Assembly: GCA_046757025.1 (NCBI GenBank)
Contig: JBHHXN010000030.1
Span: 1 to 38,292, forward strand
Direction of reading: 5' to 3'
Source: a bacterium
Lineage (GTDB): Bacteria > Zhuqueibacterota > Zhuqueibacteria > Oceanimicrobiales > Oceanimicrobiaceae
Length of the DNA stretch: 38,292 nucleotides
Shown: piece by piece, positions 1 through 9,465 of the stretch
How positions within the stretch are numbered: position 1 is the first letter of the stretch
How the letters are laid out: the number at the start of each line of letters is the position of its first letter
Position numbers and translations under genes: made by a program
Notes under the pieces: generated by a model
Told to the model about the DNA's origin: nothing
The model's database searches: none
Seen by the model: only the letters and a program-made list of their open reading frames with translations

Positions 1-63
1 CAATGGATTCCCGCTTAAAGATTGCGGGAATGACAAAAAAGGGCTCTTTACGAATGGAAACTA
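1..63. mobile_element. Right end of a MITE-like element (partial, cut by the window edge), same family as 15697-15846
   Basis: 1-63 is nearly identical to 15785-15846 (CAATGGATTCCCGC-T(T/C)AAAGATT-GCGGGAATGACAAAAAAGG...) and ends in TTACGAATGGAAACTA (48-63), a 14/16 match to that element's right TIR. Confidence 0.8.
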
Positions 64-160
64 ATTATTCCTGTCGTACCTGTAAAATGAATTCAGACCG
101 AAGTGGGGAGTCAAACATTTAATAATCATTTCAGTTCACTGCTGGTGAGAGCTAAATGGT

Positions 161-300
161 GATTGACCGAAAAGTCCCTATTTCTTCACCCGGAGCCCTT
201 CGACAAGCTCAGAATAAATTGCGTCGAAGGGTGATAAGCTGTTGTTTTTAAGTCATGCATCGACTCCGCTCAGAATGAAGACGCTCGTTTTCGGTCCATC
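161..300. repeat. IR-bounded REP-like repeat (CTTCGAC..GCTCAG class)
   Basis: Outer IR GATTGACCGAAAA (161-173) / TTTTCGGTCCATC (288-300), 12/13. Inner CCTTCGACAAGCTCAG, GTCGAAGGGTGA and TCGACTCCGCTCAGAATGAAGA motifs resemble 29452-29487. Confidence 0.6.
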
Positions 301-392
301 AATAAATAAGAAAATGGCAATGATTCAAACGCATTTTGTTGAGAATACCAAAAGTTGAGATCAAGAAAGATGGGCTTAATAAATTTAGTCCA

Positions 393-863
393 ATGAAACT
401 TAAAATCATTCAGGTGGGAAAAACTAAAACGCTGCACTGGCGGTCGGCTGAAAAGGAATATCTGCAGCGAATTGCGCGCTTCACGGAAGTGCAGCAGGTG
501 GTGGTGAGAGACGCTTCACTGCAAGCCCTCAAAAATCCCGCACAGATTAAAAGAATCGAAGCAAAAGATATTCTGAGCAAGCTAAATAACCAGGACTTTT
601 TTGTGGCATTAGACCGGACCGGCCAGCAGATGCCTTCAACCGCGTTTGCAGCGTTTCTGCAGGAAAAACAGCAATCCAGCGCCAAAATGCTGACCTTCGT
701 CATCGGCGGTTCGGAAGGATTAGAGGCGTCACTTCTCAATCAAGCCAATCTGACTCTTTTCTTTTCGGAAATGACTTTTCCGCACGAGATGTTCAAAGTG
801 ATGCTGTTAGAGCAGATTTACCGCGCCTTCACCATTCTCCATCATGAAAATTACCACAAATAA
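393..863 (+). CDS. rlmH: 23S rRNA (pseudouridine1915-N3)-methyltransferase RlmH (SPOUT)
   Basis: MKLKIIQVGK N-terminus, FVIGGSEGL, MTFPHEM..LLEQIYRAFTI...YHK C-terminus. The ATG at 393 gives the typical ~156 aa length. Confidence 0.95.
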   Translation: MKLKIIQVGKTKTLHWRSAEKEYLQRIARFTEVQQVVVRDASLQALKNPAQIKRIEAKDILSKLNNQDFFVALDRTGQQMPSTAFAAFLQEKQQSSAKMLTFVIGGSEGLEASLLNQANLTLFFSEMTFPHEMFKVMLLEQIYRAFTILHHENYHK

Positions 864-1013
864 ATTTCACCTGTTTTTTTATTGACTCATATAGAATTGT
901 ACAAAATAAGGTGTTCCATCTTTAGGTAGAAGTCTAAGCATCCCGTTCTTTTCCCATTTTTTTAAGGCCAACTGTCAACTTACTCATATCCATCATAAAA
1001 TTAATTATTTTCT

Positions 1014-1042
1014 TTGATTTTCATTCGGTATATTTCTATATT
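1014..1042 (+). promoter_or_regulatory. Putative sigma70 promoter of ispH
   Basis: TTGATT (1014-1019)-17 bp-TATATT (1037-1042). Confidence 0.45.
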
Positions 1043-1049
1043 AGGAGTC

Positions 1050-2336
1050 ATGAATAATTATTTTGATGCACCAGCAAATACAACAAAAAAAGACGCCAAC
1101 TCAGATAAATCCGTTCGCATGGAAAACGGGCAGTTTTATCAACGTGGCCTGGGTTTAAAAAAAGAAGTCCAGGGCATCTTAAAACACGATTATTACAGTA
1201 ACATCGTTACCTTTTTGCGGGAGAACGAATTCCAAGTACATGCCGGCGGGCTGACGCTCTATCTTGCCAGGGAATTTGGGTTTTGCTATGGCGTGGACCG
1301 AGCGGTGGATTATGCATACCAGACACGCGAACGTTTTCCTGATCGCCGGATTTTTCTGACCGGCGAGATCATCCACAATCCGCACGTGAATAAGCGACTC
1401 ATCAAGATGGGAATTCAATTCCTCAGCGGACAGTATTGCAATGGGACTAGCATCGAGGATCTGCGGCCGGAAGACGTGGTCATTTTGCCGGCGTTTGGCG
1501 TTTCCATTCAGCAGTTCCAAGCGCTTAAAAAACGAGAAAGCATTCTGGTAGATACCACCTGTGGCTCGGTTTTAAACGTCTGGAAACGCGTGATTCATTA
1601 TGCAAAAAACGGCTACACTTCCATCATTCATGGCAAATATTATCACGAAGAAACCATCGCCACCAGCTCGCAGGCGTTGAAGTTTGCCAACGGCCGTTTT
1701 TTGATCGTACGCGATCTGGAAGAAACACAAAAAGTCTGCGATTACCTTATTCATGGCGGAGACCGGGAATCTTTTATGTCGAAATTTGGAAAAGCCGTAT
1801 CTCCAGAGTTTGATCCGGATCGCGACCTGAATAAAATCGGCGTCGCCAATCAAACGACCATGCTGAGCAGCGAATCCCTGGCCATTGCGGATGAATTGAA
1901 AAAGGCGATGCGTTCCAAATTCGGCTCACAAAAATTGCACGATCATTTTCTGACTTTCGACACGATTTGCAGCGCCACCCAGGAGCGCCAGGATGCCGTG
2001 GTCGAGATGGTTGAAAGGCACGATTTGAATCTGGTGATCGTGGTGGGCGGCTTTAACAGCAGCAACACCAATCATTTAGCGGAAATCACCTCCAAATATA
2101 CCCACACCTACCATATCGACGATCCCGATTGCATTCTGGATAAAAATACCATTAAACATAAGTTGATCGACAGTGAACAAATCGAGACCAGCCGCAATTG
2201 GTTGCCAACTGGCGAAATAAAAGTGGGCATTACCGCCGGCGCTTCCACGCCAAACAATAAGATTGGTAAGGTGGTCGAAAAGATTTTAAGTTTTCGAAAT
2301 GTGAGCATATCGGCTATGTTAGGCACAGTAACGTAA
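1050..2336 (+). CDS. ispH: 4-hydroxy-3-methylbut-2-enyl diphosphate reductase (long form)
   Basis: FGFCYGVDRAV, IIHNPHV, DTTCGSV, ANQTT, DTICSATQERQ, SSNT and GITAGASTP motifs, with three Fe-S Cys. Start uncertain (ATG 1050 or 1119). Confidence 0.95.
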   Translation: MNNYFDAPANTTKKDANSDKSVRMENGQFYQRGLGLKKEVQGILKHDYYSNIVTFLRENEFQVHAGGLTLYLAREFGFCYGVDRAVDYAYQTRERFPDRRIFLTGEIIHNPHVNKRLIKMGIQFLSGQYCNGTSIEDLRPEDVVILPAFGVSIQQFQALKKRESILVDTTCGSVLNVWKRVIHYAKNGYTSIIHGKYYHEETIATSSQALKFANGRFLIVRDLEETQKVCDYLIHGGDRESFMSKFGKAVSPEFDPDRDLNKIGVANQTTMLSSESLAIADELKKAMRSKFGSQKLHDHFLTFDTICSATQERQDAVVEMVERHDLNLVIVVGGFNSSNTNHLAEITSKYTHTYHIDDPDCILDKNTIKHKLIDSEQIETSRNWLPTGEIKVGITAGASTPNNKIGKVVEKILSFRNVSISAMLGTVT

Positions 2337-2474
2337 CGTACACGACTCATAAAATCAAGCGAGTGGAAAAGCAGATTATGATCTTGAGAGAGGTTGGCAG
2401 CAACCAAATCGACGGTTCTGCGGGTTTGTGCGATTTCGGGCAAACTCGTGATGGGAGTGCAGGGCTCTTTTTCA

Positions 2475-2926
2475 AACGCAGAGGCGCAGAGAACGCACAG
2501 GAATTCATACGAATACATGAGAACCAGATATCAGAAAAGATAATCGGTGCGGCCATTGAGAGGTACATCTTCTTTTTAGTCCAGGACTTTTAGAATCGGT
2601 TTATCAGGAGGCACTTTGTCAAGAGTTGCATTTGCGATGCTTGAAGTTTGTCCGGCAACAGAGTGTACCGATTCCTTTCAAAGGAATTAAACTGGGTACG
2701 GACCTTCGCTTAGACTTAGTAGTCGAAGATAAGGTAATCGTTGACTTGAAAGCTAAAGAGAAATTAGTACCAATGGATAAGCGCAAACTGCTGACATACA
2801 TGAGACTCAGCGAGAAACATCTGGGCTTAATCCTTGATTTTCATGTAGAAGTCTTGCGCGACGGTATCGAGCGAGTGGTCAATGAGCTATCAGAATAAAT
2901 CTCTGCGACCTCTGCGTCTCTGCGTT
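2475..2926. mobile_element. Inverted-repeat-framed GxxExxY cassette
   Basis: AACGCAGAGGCGCAGAG (2475-2491) and CTCTGCGTCTCTGCGTT (2910-2926) form a 16/17 IR, built of tandem CGCAGAG units, tightly bracketing the gene. Confidence 0.65.
2513..2898 (+). pseudogene. GxxExxY family protein (PD-(D/E)xK-like nuclease), frameshifted
   Basis: Removing the extra AG at 2561-2562 joins (I)HENQISEKIIGAAIE to VHLLFSPGLLESVYQEALCQEL...RLDLVVEDKVIVDLKA...LLTYMRLS...GIERVVN. The start appears mutated to ATA (2513). Confidence 0.85.
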
Positions 2927-3218
2927 AAGATGAATGATTGCGGCAGGGTAAAAAGGTGCATTTAAATAATTGTCCTTGTTTGGCCTCAGATTTGGCTCAA
3001 CTTGACCAGCTACGCTAGCGCAATTTTCGGAATTCAGAGGTTTTTCAAGTATAAGTGTTCATTTCAAGTATTGTGCTAATTCGTCGCTGCAAGGTAGTCA
3101 AGCGTCGGATGGTTTAAAATCAAGATAATAAGATTAAATAATTCAACAAAATTGTGTAATATGGTCGTAACTTGCCAGGCAAGGAGATAACGCTTCTTGC
3201 CTTTTTTATAGAGTAAAA

Positions 3219-6077
3219 ATGCAAGACATCATTCAAGCTTTGCGAAAACACCTCCAGGGCGAGGTGAGATTTGATCTGACCTCCCGTATTCTGTACAGTA
3301 CCGACGCCAGCATTTATGAGCTCATGCCGCTGGGCGTGGTCATCCCGAAATCGGCAGAGGATATTCAGGCGACCATTGAAATCGCTCATCAACATGGTGT
3401 AGCCATCGTTCCCCGCGGGGCCGGCACCAGCATCGTAGGCAATGCCATCGGAGAAGGCATCGTCCTCGACTGCTCAAAATACCTGAACCACATCCTTGAA
3501 GTGAACCGTGAAGAAAACTGGGTGCGAATTCAACCGGGCGTGGTGCTGGATCAACTCAATCAGCATCTCAAAACATTCGGGCTTTTGTTTGGCCCGGATG
3601 TGGCTACCAGCAGCCGCGCCAGCCTAGGGGGCCTCATCGGCAACAACTCTTCTGGCGCCCATTCCATCGTTTACGGTAAAACCCTCGATCACGTGTTAGA
3701 ACTCAAGGTACTGCTTTCCAACGGCGAGACCGCTAAGTTCACTTCGCAGACACATGCTGAATGGCAAAACAAGCTCAACAAACCCGGCTTTGTGAATTCG
3801 CTTTATTCTCGAGTAGATGCAATCGTTCTGGAAAACCAAGATGAAATCGAACGGCGGTTTCCGAAAATACTGCGTCGGGTTGCGGGTTACAATTTAGATG
3901 AATTTGTACAGAAAACCCACCACAATCTGGCAAAATTGCTGGTGGGTTCCGAAGGCACTTTAGCGGTGGTCACCGAAGCGAAGCTCAATCTCGTGCCTCT
4001 GCCAAAACACAGTGTGCTGGCGGTGGTGCATTTTCACGACCTGTTTTCCGCTCTGGATGCCGTTAGCCCTATCATCGATTTTCAACCCTCTGCCATCGAG
4101 CTGTTGGATGATAATATCATCGACTTGACACGCAGCACCATGGAATGCTCGCGCCGACTGACCTTTGTGGATGGCTTCCCAGCCGCGCTGTTGCTGGTGG
4201 AGTTTCAGGGGGATTCGAAAACGGCTTTGATAGAGAAGTTAAACCGGCTCGCTGATTTTCTTTCCAAAAATAAATTGGGCTATCAGTGTTTTAAGGCAGT
4301 GGAAAACGCCCAGCAGGCGGATGTCTGGTATGTCCGCAAGGCTGGCCTGGGCCTGTTGATGGGTACGCGTGCTGACCGTAAGCCCATCGGCTTCATCGAA
4401 GATTCCGCCGTGGCTCCTGAGAAACTACCGCAGTACATCAAACGATTCGATGAGATCGTGCGCTCTTTTGGCACGGAAGCCGCTTACTATGCGCACGCCA
4501 GTGTGGGGTGTTTGCACATTCGTCCCAAGCTCAATTTGAAAGATGCGCACGATGTGGAAATTATGGCCAAAATGGCCGCCGCCATCAGCAGCCTGGCCTT
4601 GGAATTTGGCGGCACCATCAGCGGTGAGCACGGCGACGGTTTGGCGCATAGCTGCTGGAACGAGAAAATGTTTGGCAGCCGTCTTTACCAGGCATTTCGC
4701 GAAATCAAAAAGGCGTTCGATCCCAAAAATATTTTGAATCCGGGCAAAATCGTCGATGCGCAATTTCTCACAAAGAATTTCCGAAAGCCCCCCAATCCTG
4801 AAATTCAAACCATCCAGCCGTTTTTTGATTATTCCAGAGAAGGCGGCCTGAACACCGCCATCGCGATGTGCAACGGCAACGGCTTCTGCCGTAAACTAAC
4901 CGAAGGCGCCATGTGTCCTTCCTACATGGTGACATTGGAAGAAGCGCACTCCACCCGCGGACGCGCCAATGCGTTGCGTGCAGTGCTCACAGGAAAAGTC
5001 GAGCCGTCTGAGTTTACCAGCCGCAAGATGTATGAAATCATGGAGCTGTGCGTTTCCTGCAAGGGCTGTAAAGGCGAGTGCCCTACCAACGTGGACATGG
5101 CGAAATTGAAGACAGAATTTCTGTACCATTATCACAAAACCCATGGCTTGCCCCTGCAGGATAAGCTGTTTGGGAATATCGCCACATTGAGTCGGTGGGG
5201 TAGTCGTCTGGCACCGATGTCGAATTGGCTGTTACACTCGTTGCCGGTGCGCTGGTTATTGCAACAAGCGATCGGGATCGAATGCCGTCGGGCCTTGCCG
5301 ACTTTTGCCCGTGAGCCGTTTCATCGTTGGTTTGAAAAACGTCCCGTGCGGACTCAAGCTAATAAAGTCGTGTTGTTTAACGACACCTTTTTAAATTTCA
5401 ATTATCCACAGATCGGCCGGGCAGCGGTGATTGTGCTGGAAGCGGCGGGTTGGGAAGTCATCCTGCCGGAGAAAAAATGCTGCGGCCGGCCGTTCATCTC
5501 GCGGGGCATGCTGCAGGAAGCGCGCAAACATGTCGAATACAATATCGATGCCCTTTATCCGCTGATCGAGCAAGGGTACCAGTTGGTGGGATTTGAGCCA
5601 AGCTGCGTTTCGACATTTCGGGAGGAGTATCCGGACTTGCTGAAAGATTCGCGGGTGACCGATGTGGCTGAAAATACGTTGTTGTTTGACGAGTTTTTGC
5701 TTACGGTGCTGGCAAATCCGGCTTCCGACTTGAATTTCAAACGTGCTGAAAAGAAATATTTGCTGCACACGCACTGCCACCAAAATGCGTTGATCGGCAG
5801 CCATTTAACCCGGCAGCTTTTACAAGTGATTCCAGACCTGCAAGTGGAAGCAGTAGATGCTGGCTGCTGCGGCATGGCCGGTGGCTTTGGATATGAAAGA
5901 GAACACTATCAATTTTCATTAGCCATGGGCCGGCGGAAGCTTTTCCCGGCCGTGGAAGCCAAAGATGATTCCTGGCAGATGCTGGCGACCGGTGTTTCCT
6001 GCCGGCAGCAGATCGAGCATGCCACCGGCAAATCCGTCAAACATCCGGTGGAGGTACTGGCTAAACATTTGCCATAA
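3219..6077 (+). CDS. FAD-linked oxidase fused to 4Fe-4S/CCG domains (YdiJ-like; GlcD+GlcF/GlpC-type fusion)
   Basis: YSTDASIY, PRGAGTS, GSEGTL, SGEHGDG, CNGNGFC..MCPS, CVSCKGCKGECP and the CCG motifs CCGRP and CCGMAG. Confidence 0.9.
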   Translation: MQDIIQALRKHLQGEVRFDLTSRILYSTDASIYELMPLGVVIPKSAEDIQATIEIAHQHGVAIVPRGAGTSIVGNAIGEGIVLDCSKYLNHILEVNREENWVRIQPGVVLDQLNQHLKTFGLLFGPDVATSSRASLGGLIGNNSSGAHSIVYGKTLDHVLELKVLLSNGETAKFTSQTHAEWQNKLNKPGFVNSLYSRVDAIVLENQDEIERRFPKILRRVAGYNLDEFVQKTHHNLAKLLVGSEGTLAVVTEAKLNLVPLPKHSVLAVVHFHDLFSALDAVSPIIDFQPSAIELLDDNIIDLTRSTMECSRRLTFVDGFPAALLLVEFQGDSKTALIEKLNRLADFLSKNKLGYQCFKAVENAQQADVWYVRKAGLGLLMGTRADRKPIGFIEDSAVAPEKLPQYIKRFDEIVRSFGTEAAYYAHASVGCLHIRPKLNLKDAHDVEIMAKMAAAISSLALEFGGTISGEHGDGLAHSCWNEKMFGSRLYQAFREIKKAFDPKNILNPGKIVDAQFLTKNFRKPPNPEIQTIQPFFDYSREGGLNTAIAMCNGNGFCRKLTEGAMCPSYMVTLEEAHSTRGRANALRAVLTGKVEPSEFTSRKMYEIMELCVSCKGCKGECPTNVDMAKLKTEFLYHYHKTHGLPLQDKLFGNIATLSRWGSRLAPMSNWLLHSLPVRWLLQQAIGIECRRALPTFAREPFHRWFEKRPVRTQANKVVLFNDTFLNFNYPQIGRAAVIVLEAAGWEVILPEKKCCGRPFISRGMLQEARKHVEYNIDALYPLIEQGYQLVGFEPSCVSTFREEYPDLLKDSRVTDVAENTLLFDEFLLTVLANPASDLNFKRAEKKYLLHTHCHQNALIGSHLTRQLLQVIPDLQVEAVDAGCCGMAGGFGYEREHYQFSLAMGRRKLFPAVEAKDDSWQMLATGVSCRQQIEHATGKSVKHPVEVLAKHLP

Positions 6078-6131
6078 AACATCCATTATAGTATTACTTC
6101 TGAACTTTTGCATTTTTTTACAAGAAAATGG

Positions 6132-6250
6132 CTAAATGACGCGAAGTGAATGACACGACCCGTCATAAAGTCATCAGGTCATTTGCCTTTGGCGTCATTT
6201 TAGACAGCAGCAATAATTCACCTCTGTCAATGACAGCGAAGCTTAATGAC
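6132..6250. repeat. AATGAC/GTCATT imperfect repeat cluster
   Basis: AATGACGCGAAGTGAATGAC (6135-6154) and AATGACAGCGAAGCTTAATGAC (6229-6250) are direct copies; GTCATTTGCCTTTGGCGTCATT (6178-6199) is an inverted copy. Confidence 0.5.
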
Positions 6251-6421
6251 GGCTGATAATAGCACCATGGTTTGGACTACAACAAAGCAAGTCATTTAAA
6301 CATTTGCGGCTCCGCCGCGCTAGGAATTACCTCGAATCGAATAATCAAACACCTTCGAATTTCATTGCGAATTATTTTTTTCATTTTGTAGTTGTCATAC
6401 CTTAAACAAGCGGAAGAAGTC

Positions 6422-9097
6422 ATGATAAAAAAGATGCCCCTTTCTTCACAACGAAATCAATTACCAGCATTGATAATTCTATTTGCCTTCTTTTTGTTGT
6501 TTTATTTTGTGAGCGAATGGTTCAAAAAAGGCGCAATTGATCAGTTGGAAAATTTCGGCAATACACAAGTTCAAGATCAAATTAACAAAATAAGTTACCC
6601 TTCCGACTGGGCCTGGCTGCAGCGCACTTTTCCGTACGGACGAGCCGACAAAACCGCCCATGTTGAAGCGCTGCAAGCTGCACAAAAAATGCGGCAACAA
6701 GCGCCACTTCACAATTTAAAATTAAAAAACCAGTTGAATATAAACAATGAGGTGTCCTGGCAATTTGCCGGTCCCATCAACGTCGGCGGCCGGGTGGTGG
6801 ACATCGAATTTAATCCTGTGGATCCGAACGTGGTTTATGCCGGCGCGGCTACCGGTGGGGTGTTTAAATCAGAAGATATGGGCTTTACCTGGCAGCCGAT
6901 TTTCGATGAACAAACCGTCCTCACTATCGGGGATCTGGCCGTGGATCCCGTCAAACCCAACATCCTTTATGTGGGCACCGGCGAAGCCAACGGTGGGCAC
7001 AACAATTTTCCCGGCGGCGGCGTGTACAAATCGACGGATGCCGGCGCCACCTGGCAGTTTATCGGATTGGAAAACACCGCTTCCATTGGCCGAATCATCG
7101 TCGATCCGGCGAATCCGCAAAGAGTGTTTGTGGCGGCGGTGGGCTCTTACTTTCTGCCAAATCCAGAACGGGGCATCTACCGCTCGGATGACGCCGGGCT
7201 AAGTTGGTCCAACGTGTTGTTTATCTCCGATTCCACCGGCGCCATCGACCTGGTTATCAATCCGGATAACCCCTCAGTGCTTCTGGCGGCCTTTTGGGAG
7301 CGCGTGCGCAGGCCAAACGACGCCCATCTTTACGGCAAAACCAGCGGCATTTATAAAACCATCGATGGCGGCGATTCCTGGTATCCGGTCACTCAGGGCC
7401 TGCCCGATGCCAACCTCGAGCGGGTGGGACGGATTGGCCTGACTTTGTGCGCCAGCGAACCCGACATTCTTTACGCTTTGTACAATGACGGCTCAGAATA
7501 CACGGGCATATTTAGGTCCCCGGACGCCGGTGAAAGCTGGCTGCAAGTGGATCTCGAGCGGGACATCGCCCGCGGTACAAGCAACTTTAGCTGGTATTTT
7601 GGCCAGGTGCGCGTGCACCCCACTAACCCGGAGCGTGTGTTCGCTCTGGACGTCCATTTGATGTCCTCACGAAATGGCGGCGACAACTGGTCGTTCTTGC
7701 GCTCCGGAAACATGCATGTGGATCACCATGCTCTGGCCTTTCACCCAAGTCACCCCGACACCCTTATCGATGGCAACGACGGCGGCATCAACATTTCTTT
7801 TAACGGCGGTTTGACCTGGAGAAAAGTGGCTGAGCTGCCGGTCACGCAATTTTATGAAATCACCATAGATGCTACCCGGCCCGAACGATTGTACGGCGGC
7901 ACCCAGGACAACGGCACCATTCGCACTCTCGGCGGCACTCTTTCGGATTGGCAGCGAATTCTGGGCGGCGACGGCTTTTACGTCATCGTGGACCCCATCG
8001 ATCCGGCTGTCATTTATGCGGAATCACAATTCGGCGACCTGTTTAAATCGGTAAACGGCGGAAACACCTTTTTCTTTGCTCGAAGTGGCATCAACTCTTT
8101 GGAAGACACCAACTGGTCCACGCCGGTGGTGATGGACCCCAACAACAACCTGGTGCTTTATTACGGCACCGATAAGATTTATCGTACCGAAGACGGCGCC
8201 ATTAGCTGGACCCCCATCAGCGCCAATTTGACGGACGGCGGTCCGGACAAGCGCCTGGGTACGGTCACCACCATCGCGGTGGCTCCCACCAATTCCAATG
8301 TCATTTACGCCGGCACCGATGACAGCCATGTCTGGGTGAGCGAAGATTACGGCCAGATCTGGAAAGATGTTTCGGCCACTTTGCCGTACCGCTGGGTCAC
8401 CCGGGTGGTGGTGGACCCCGCGGATGAAAATATCGCTTACGTGACTTTTTCGGGCTTAAAGTGGCGGGATCCCCAGCCGCATGTTTTTCGCACAGAAAAT
8501 AAAGGCACAACCTGGGAGGACATCAGTAGCAATTTGCCGGATGCGCCGGTCAACGCCCTGGCAGTCGATCCCAAAAACCGCGACAGATTGTATGTGGGCA
8601 CCGATGTTGGCGCTTATGTGAGCTTTGATACCGGCCAGTCCTGGCAGCCATTGGGAACAGGATTGCCTCTGGTGCCGGTAAACGACCTGAAAATTCACCA
8701 GGGCGAATATTTTTTAATTGCCGGCACCCACGGTCGTTCCATGTTTAAATTGGATTTGAACAGTCTCGTCACCGGGGTAGGGTCACCCGCACCCAAAAAC
8801 GTGATCACCGACTTACGGCTGGAGCAAAATTTTCCGAATCCATTCAACCCGCAAACACACTTGCGATTCACGATTTCGCAATCGATTCAAAAAAGTGTTC
8901 AAGTTGAATTAGAAATTTACGATATTACAGGACGAACCGTCCGCACATTATTTACGGGTTTGAAATCAGCCGGCACGCATACTTTTCAGTGGGATGGTAA
9001 GGAAGAGCGCGGTTTGAATGCGGCTTCGGGTATTTATCTGTATCGGTTACGAGTAGGGGAGACCGTGCTTACGAAGAAAATGATTCTGGCCAGGTAA
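6422..9097 (+). CDS. Secreted BNR/Asp-box (VPS10/GH74-like) beta-propeller protein with C-terminal FlgD-Ig/T9SS-type sorting domain
   Basis: N-terminal hydrophobic segment; many S/T-x-D/N-x-G-x-T/S-W Asp-boxes; HVDHHA; GGTQDNGT; C-terminal LEQNFPNPFNP...IYDITGR...WDG...ASGIYLYRL...KKMILAR. Confidence 0.85.
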   Translation: MIKKMPLSSQRNQLPALIILFAFFLLFYFVSEWFKKGAIDQLENFGNTQVQDQINKISYPSDWAWLQRTFPYGRADKTAHVEALQAAQKMRQQAPLHNLKLKNQLNINNEVSWQFAGPINVGGRVVDIEFNPVDPNVVYAGAATGGVFKSEDMGFTWQPIFDEQTVLTIGDLAVDPVKPNILYVGTGEANGGHNNFPGGGVYKSTDAGATWQFIGLENTASIGRIIVDPANPQRVFVAAVGSYFLPNPERGIYRSDDAGLSWSNVLFISDSTGAIDLVINPDNPSVLLAAFWERVRRPNDAHLYGKTSGIYKTIDGGDSWYPVTQGLPDANLERVGRIGLTLCASEPDILYALYNDGSEYTGIFRSPDAGESWLQVDLERDIARGTSNFSWYFGQVRVHPTNPERVFALDVHLMSSRNGGDNWSFLRSGNMHVDHHALAFHPSHPDTLIDGNDGGINISFNGGLTWRKVAELPVTQFYEITIDATRPERLYGGTQDNGTIRTLGGTLSDWQRILGGDGFYVIVDPIDPAVIYAESQFGDLFKSVNGGNTFFFARSGINSLEDTNWSTPVVMDPNNNLVLYYGTDKIYRTEDGAISWTPISANLTDGGPDKRLGTVTTIAVAPTNSNVIYAGTDDSHVWVSEDYGQIWKDVSATLPYRWVTRVVVDPADENIAYVTFSGLKWRDPQPHVFRTENKGTTWEDISSNLPDAPVNALAVDPKNRDRLYVGTDVGAYVSFDTGQSWQPLGTGLPLVPVNDLKIHQGEYFLIAGTHGRSMFKLDLNSLVTGVGSPAPKNVITDLRLEQNFPNPFNPQTHLRFTISQSIQKSVQVELEIYDITGRTVRTLFTGLKSAGTHTFQWDGKEERGLNAASGIYLYRLRVGETVLTKKMILAR

Positions 9098-9182
9098 CTT
9101 GCTCACGATACGCAGATGGAAAAAGCATGATTCCTTGCCCTTGAAAATACATTATTTAAAAACGAAATCAAATGAATTTCAC

Positions 9183-9211
9183 TTGACTTTCATTTGTGAA
9201 TAAAGTAAATT
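9183..9211 (+). promoter_or_regulatory. Putative sigma70 promoter of the hypothetical-TPM-NTase-lemA cluster
   Basis: TTGACT (9183-9188)-17 bp-TAAATT (9206-9211) in an AT-rich intergenic region. Confidence 0.5.
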
Positions 9212-9465
9212 CAGCTTGTTTTAGTTCAAGCTCTAATAAAGAATTGTCTTAAGATATTAAAAAACATATTTTTAAATAGTGGATTTTTACCTAAGGGCAT
9301 ATCGATTTTCTTGTTTTAAGATTTTTCTGCAATTGCAATTCCATCCAATAATTGCTTCCATGCCTTCATTATACCTGTCATCAAACCATCAACTTACAAT
9401 TAATGGGTAAAATGGATTTAATACTCTCATTTGACTTTTTATCAACAAACGCAGGGGGAAATTGA

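Noticed and set aside
840..1010. rlmH 3' end as an integration hotspot (as for SCCmec at orfX)
   Set aside because: No recombinase or att-like duplication; ispH follows directly.
2363..2593. 76-aa ORF as an independent gene
   Set aside because: It reads through repeat DNA into the 5' fragment of the frameshifted GxxExxY gene.
3001..3102. Weak inverted repeat CTTGACCAG / TAGTCAAG upstream of the FAD oxidoreductase
   Set aside because: Too degenerate, with no second copy in the window.
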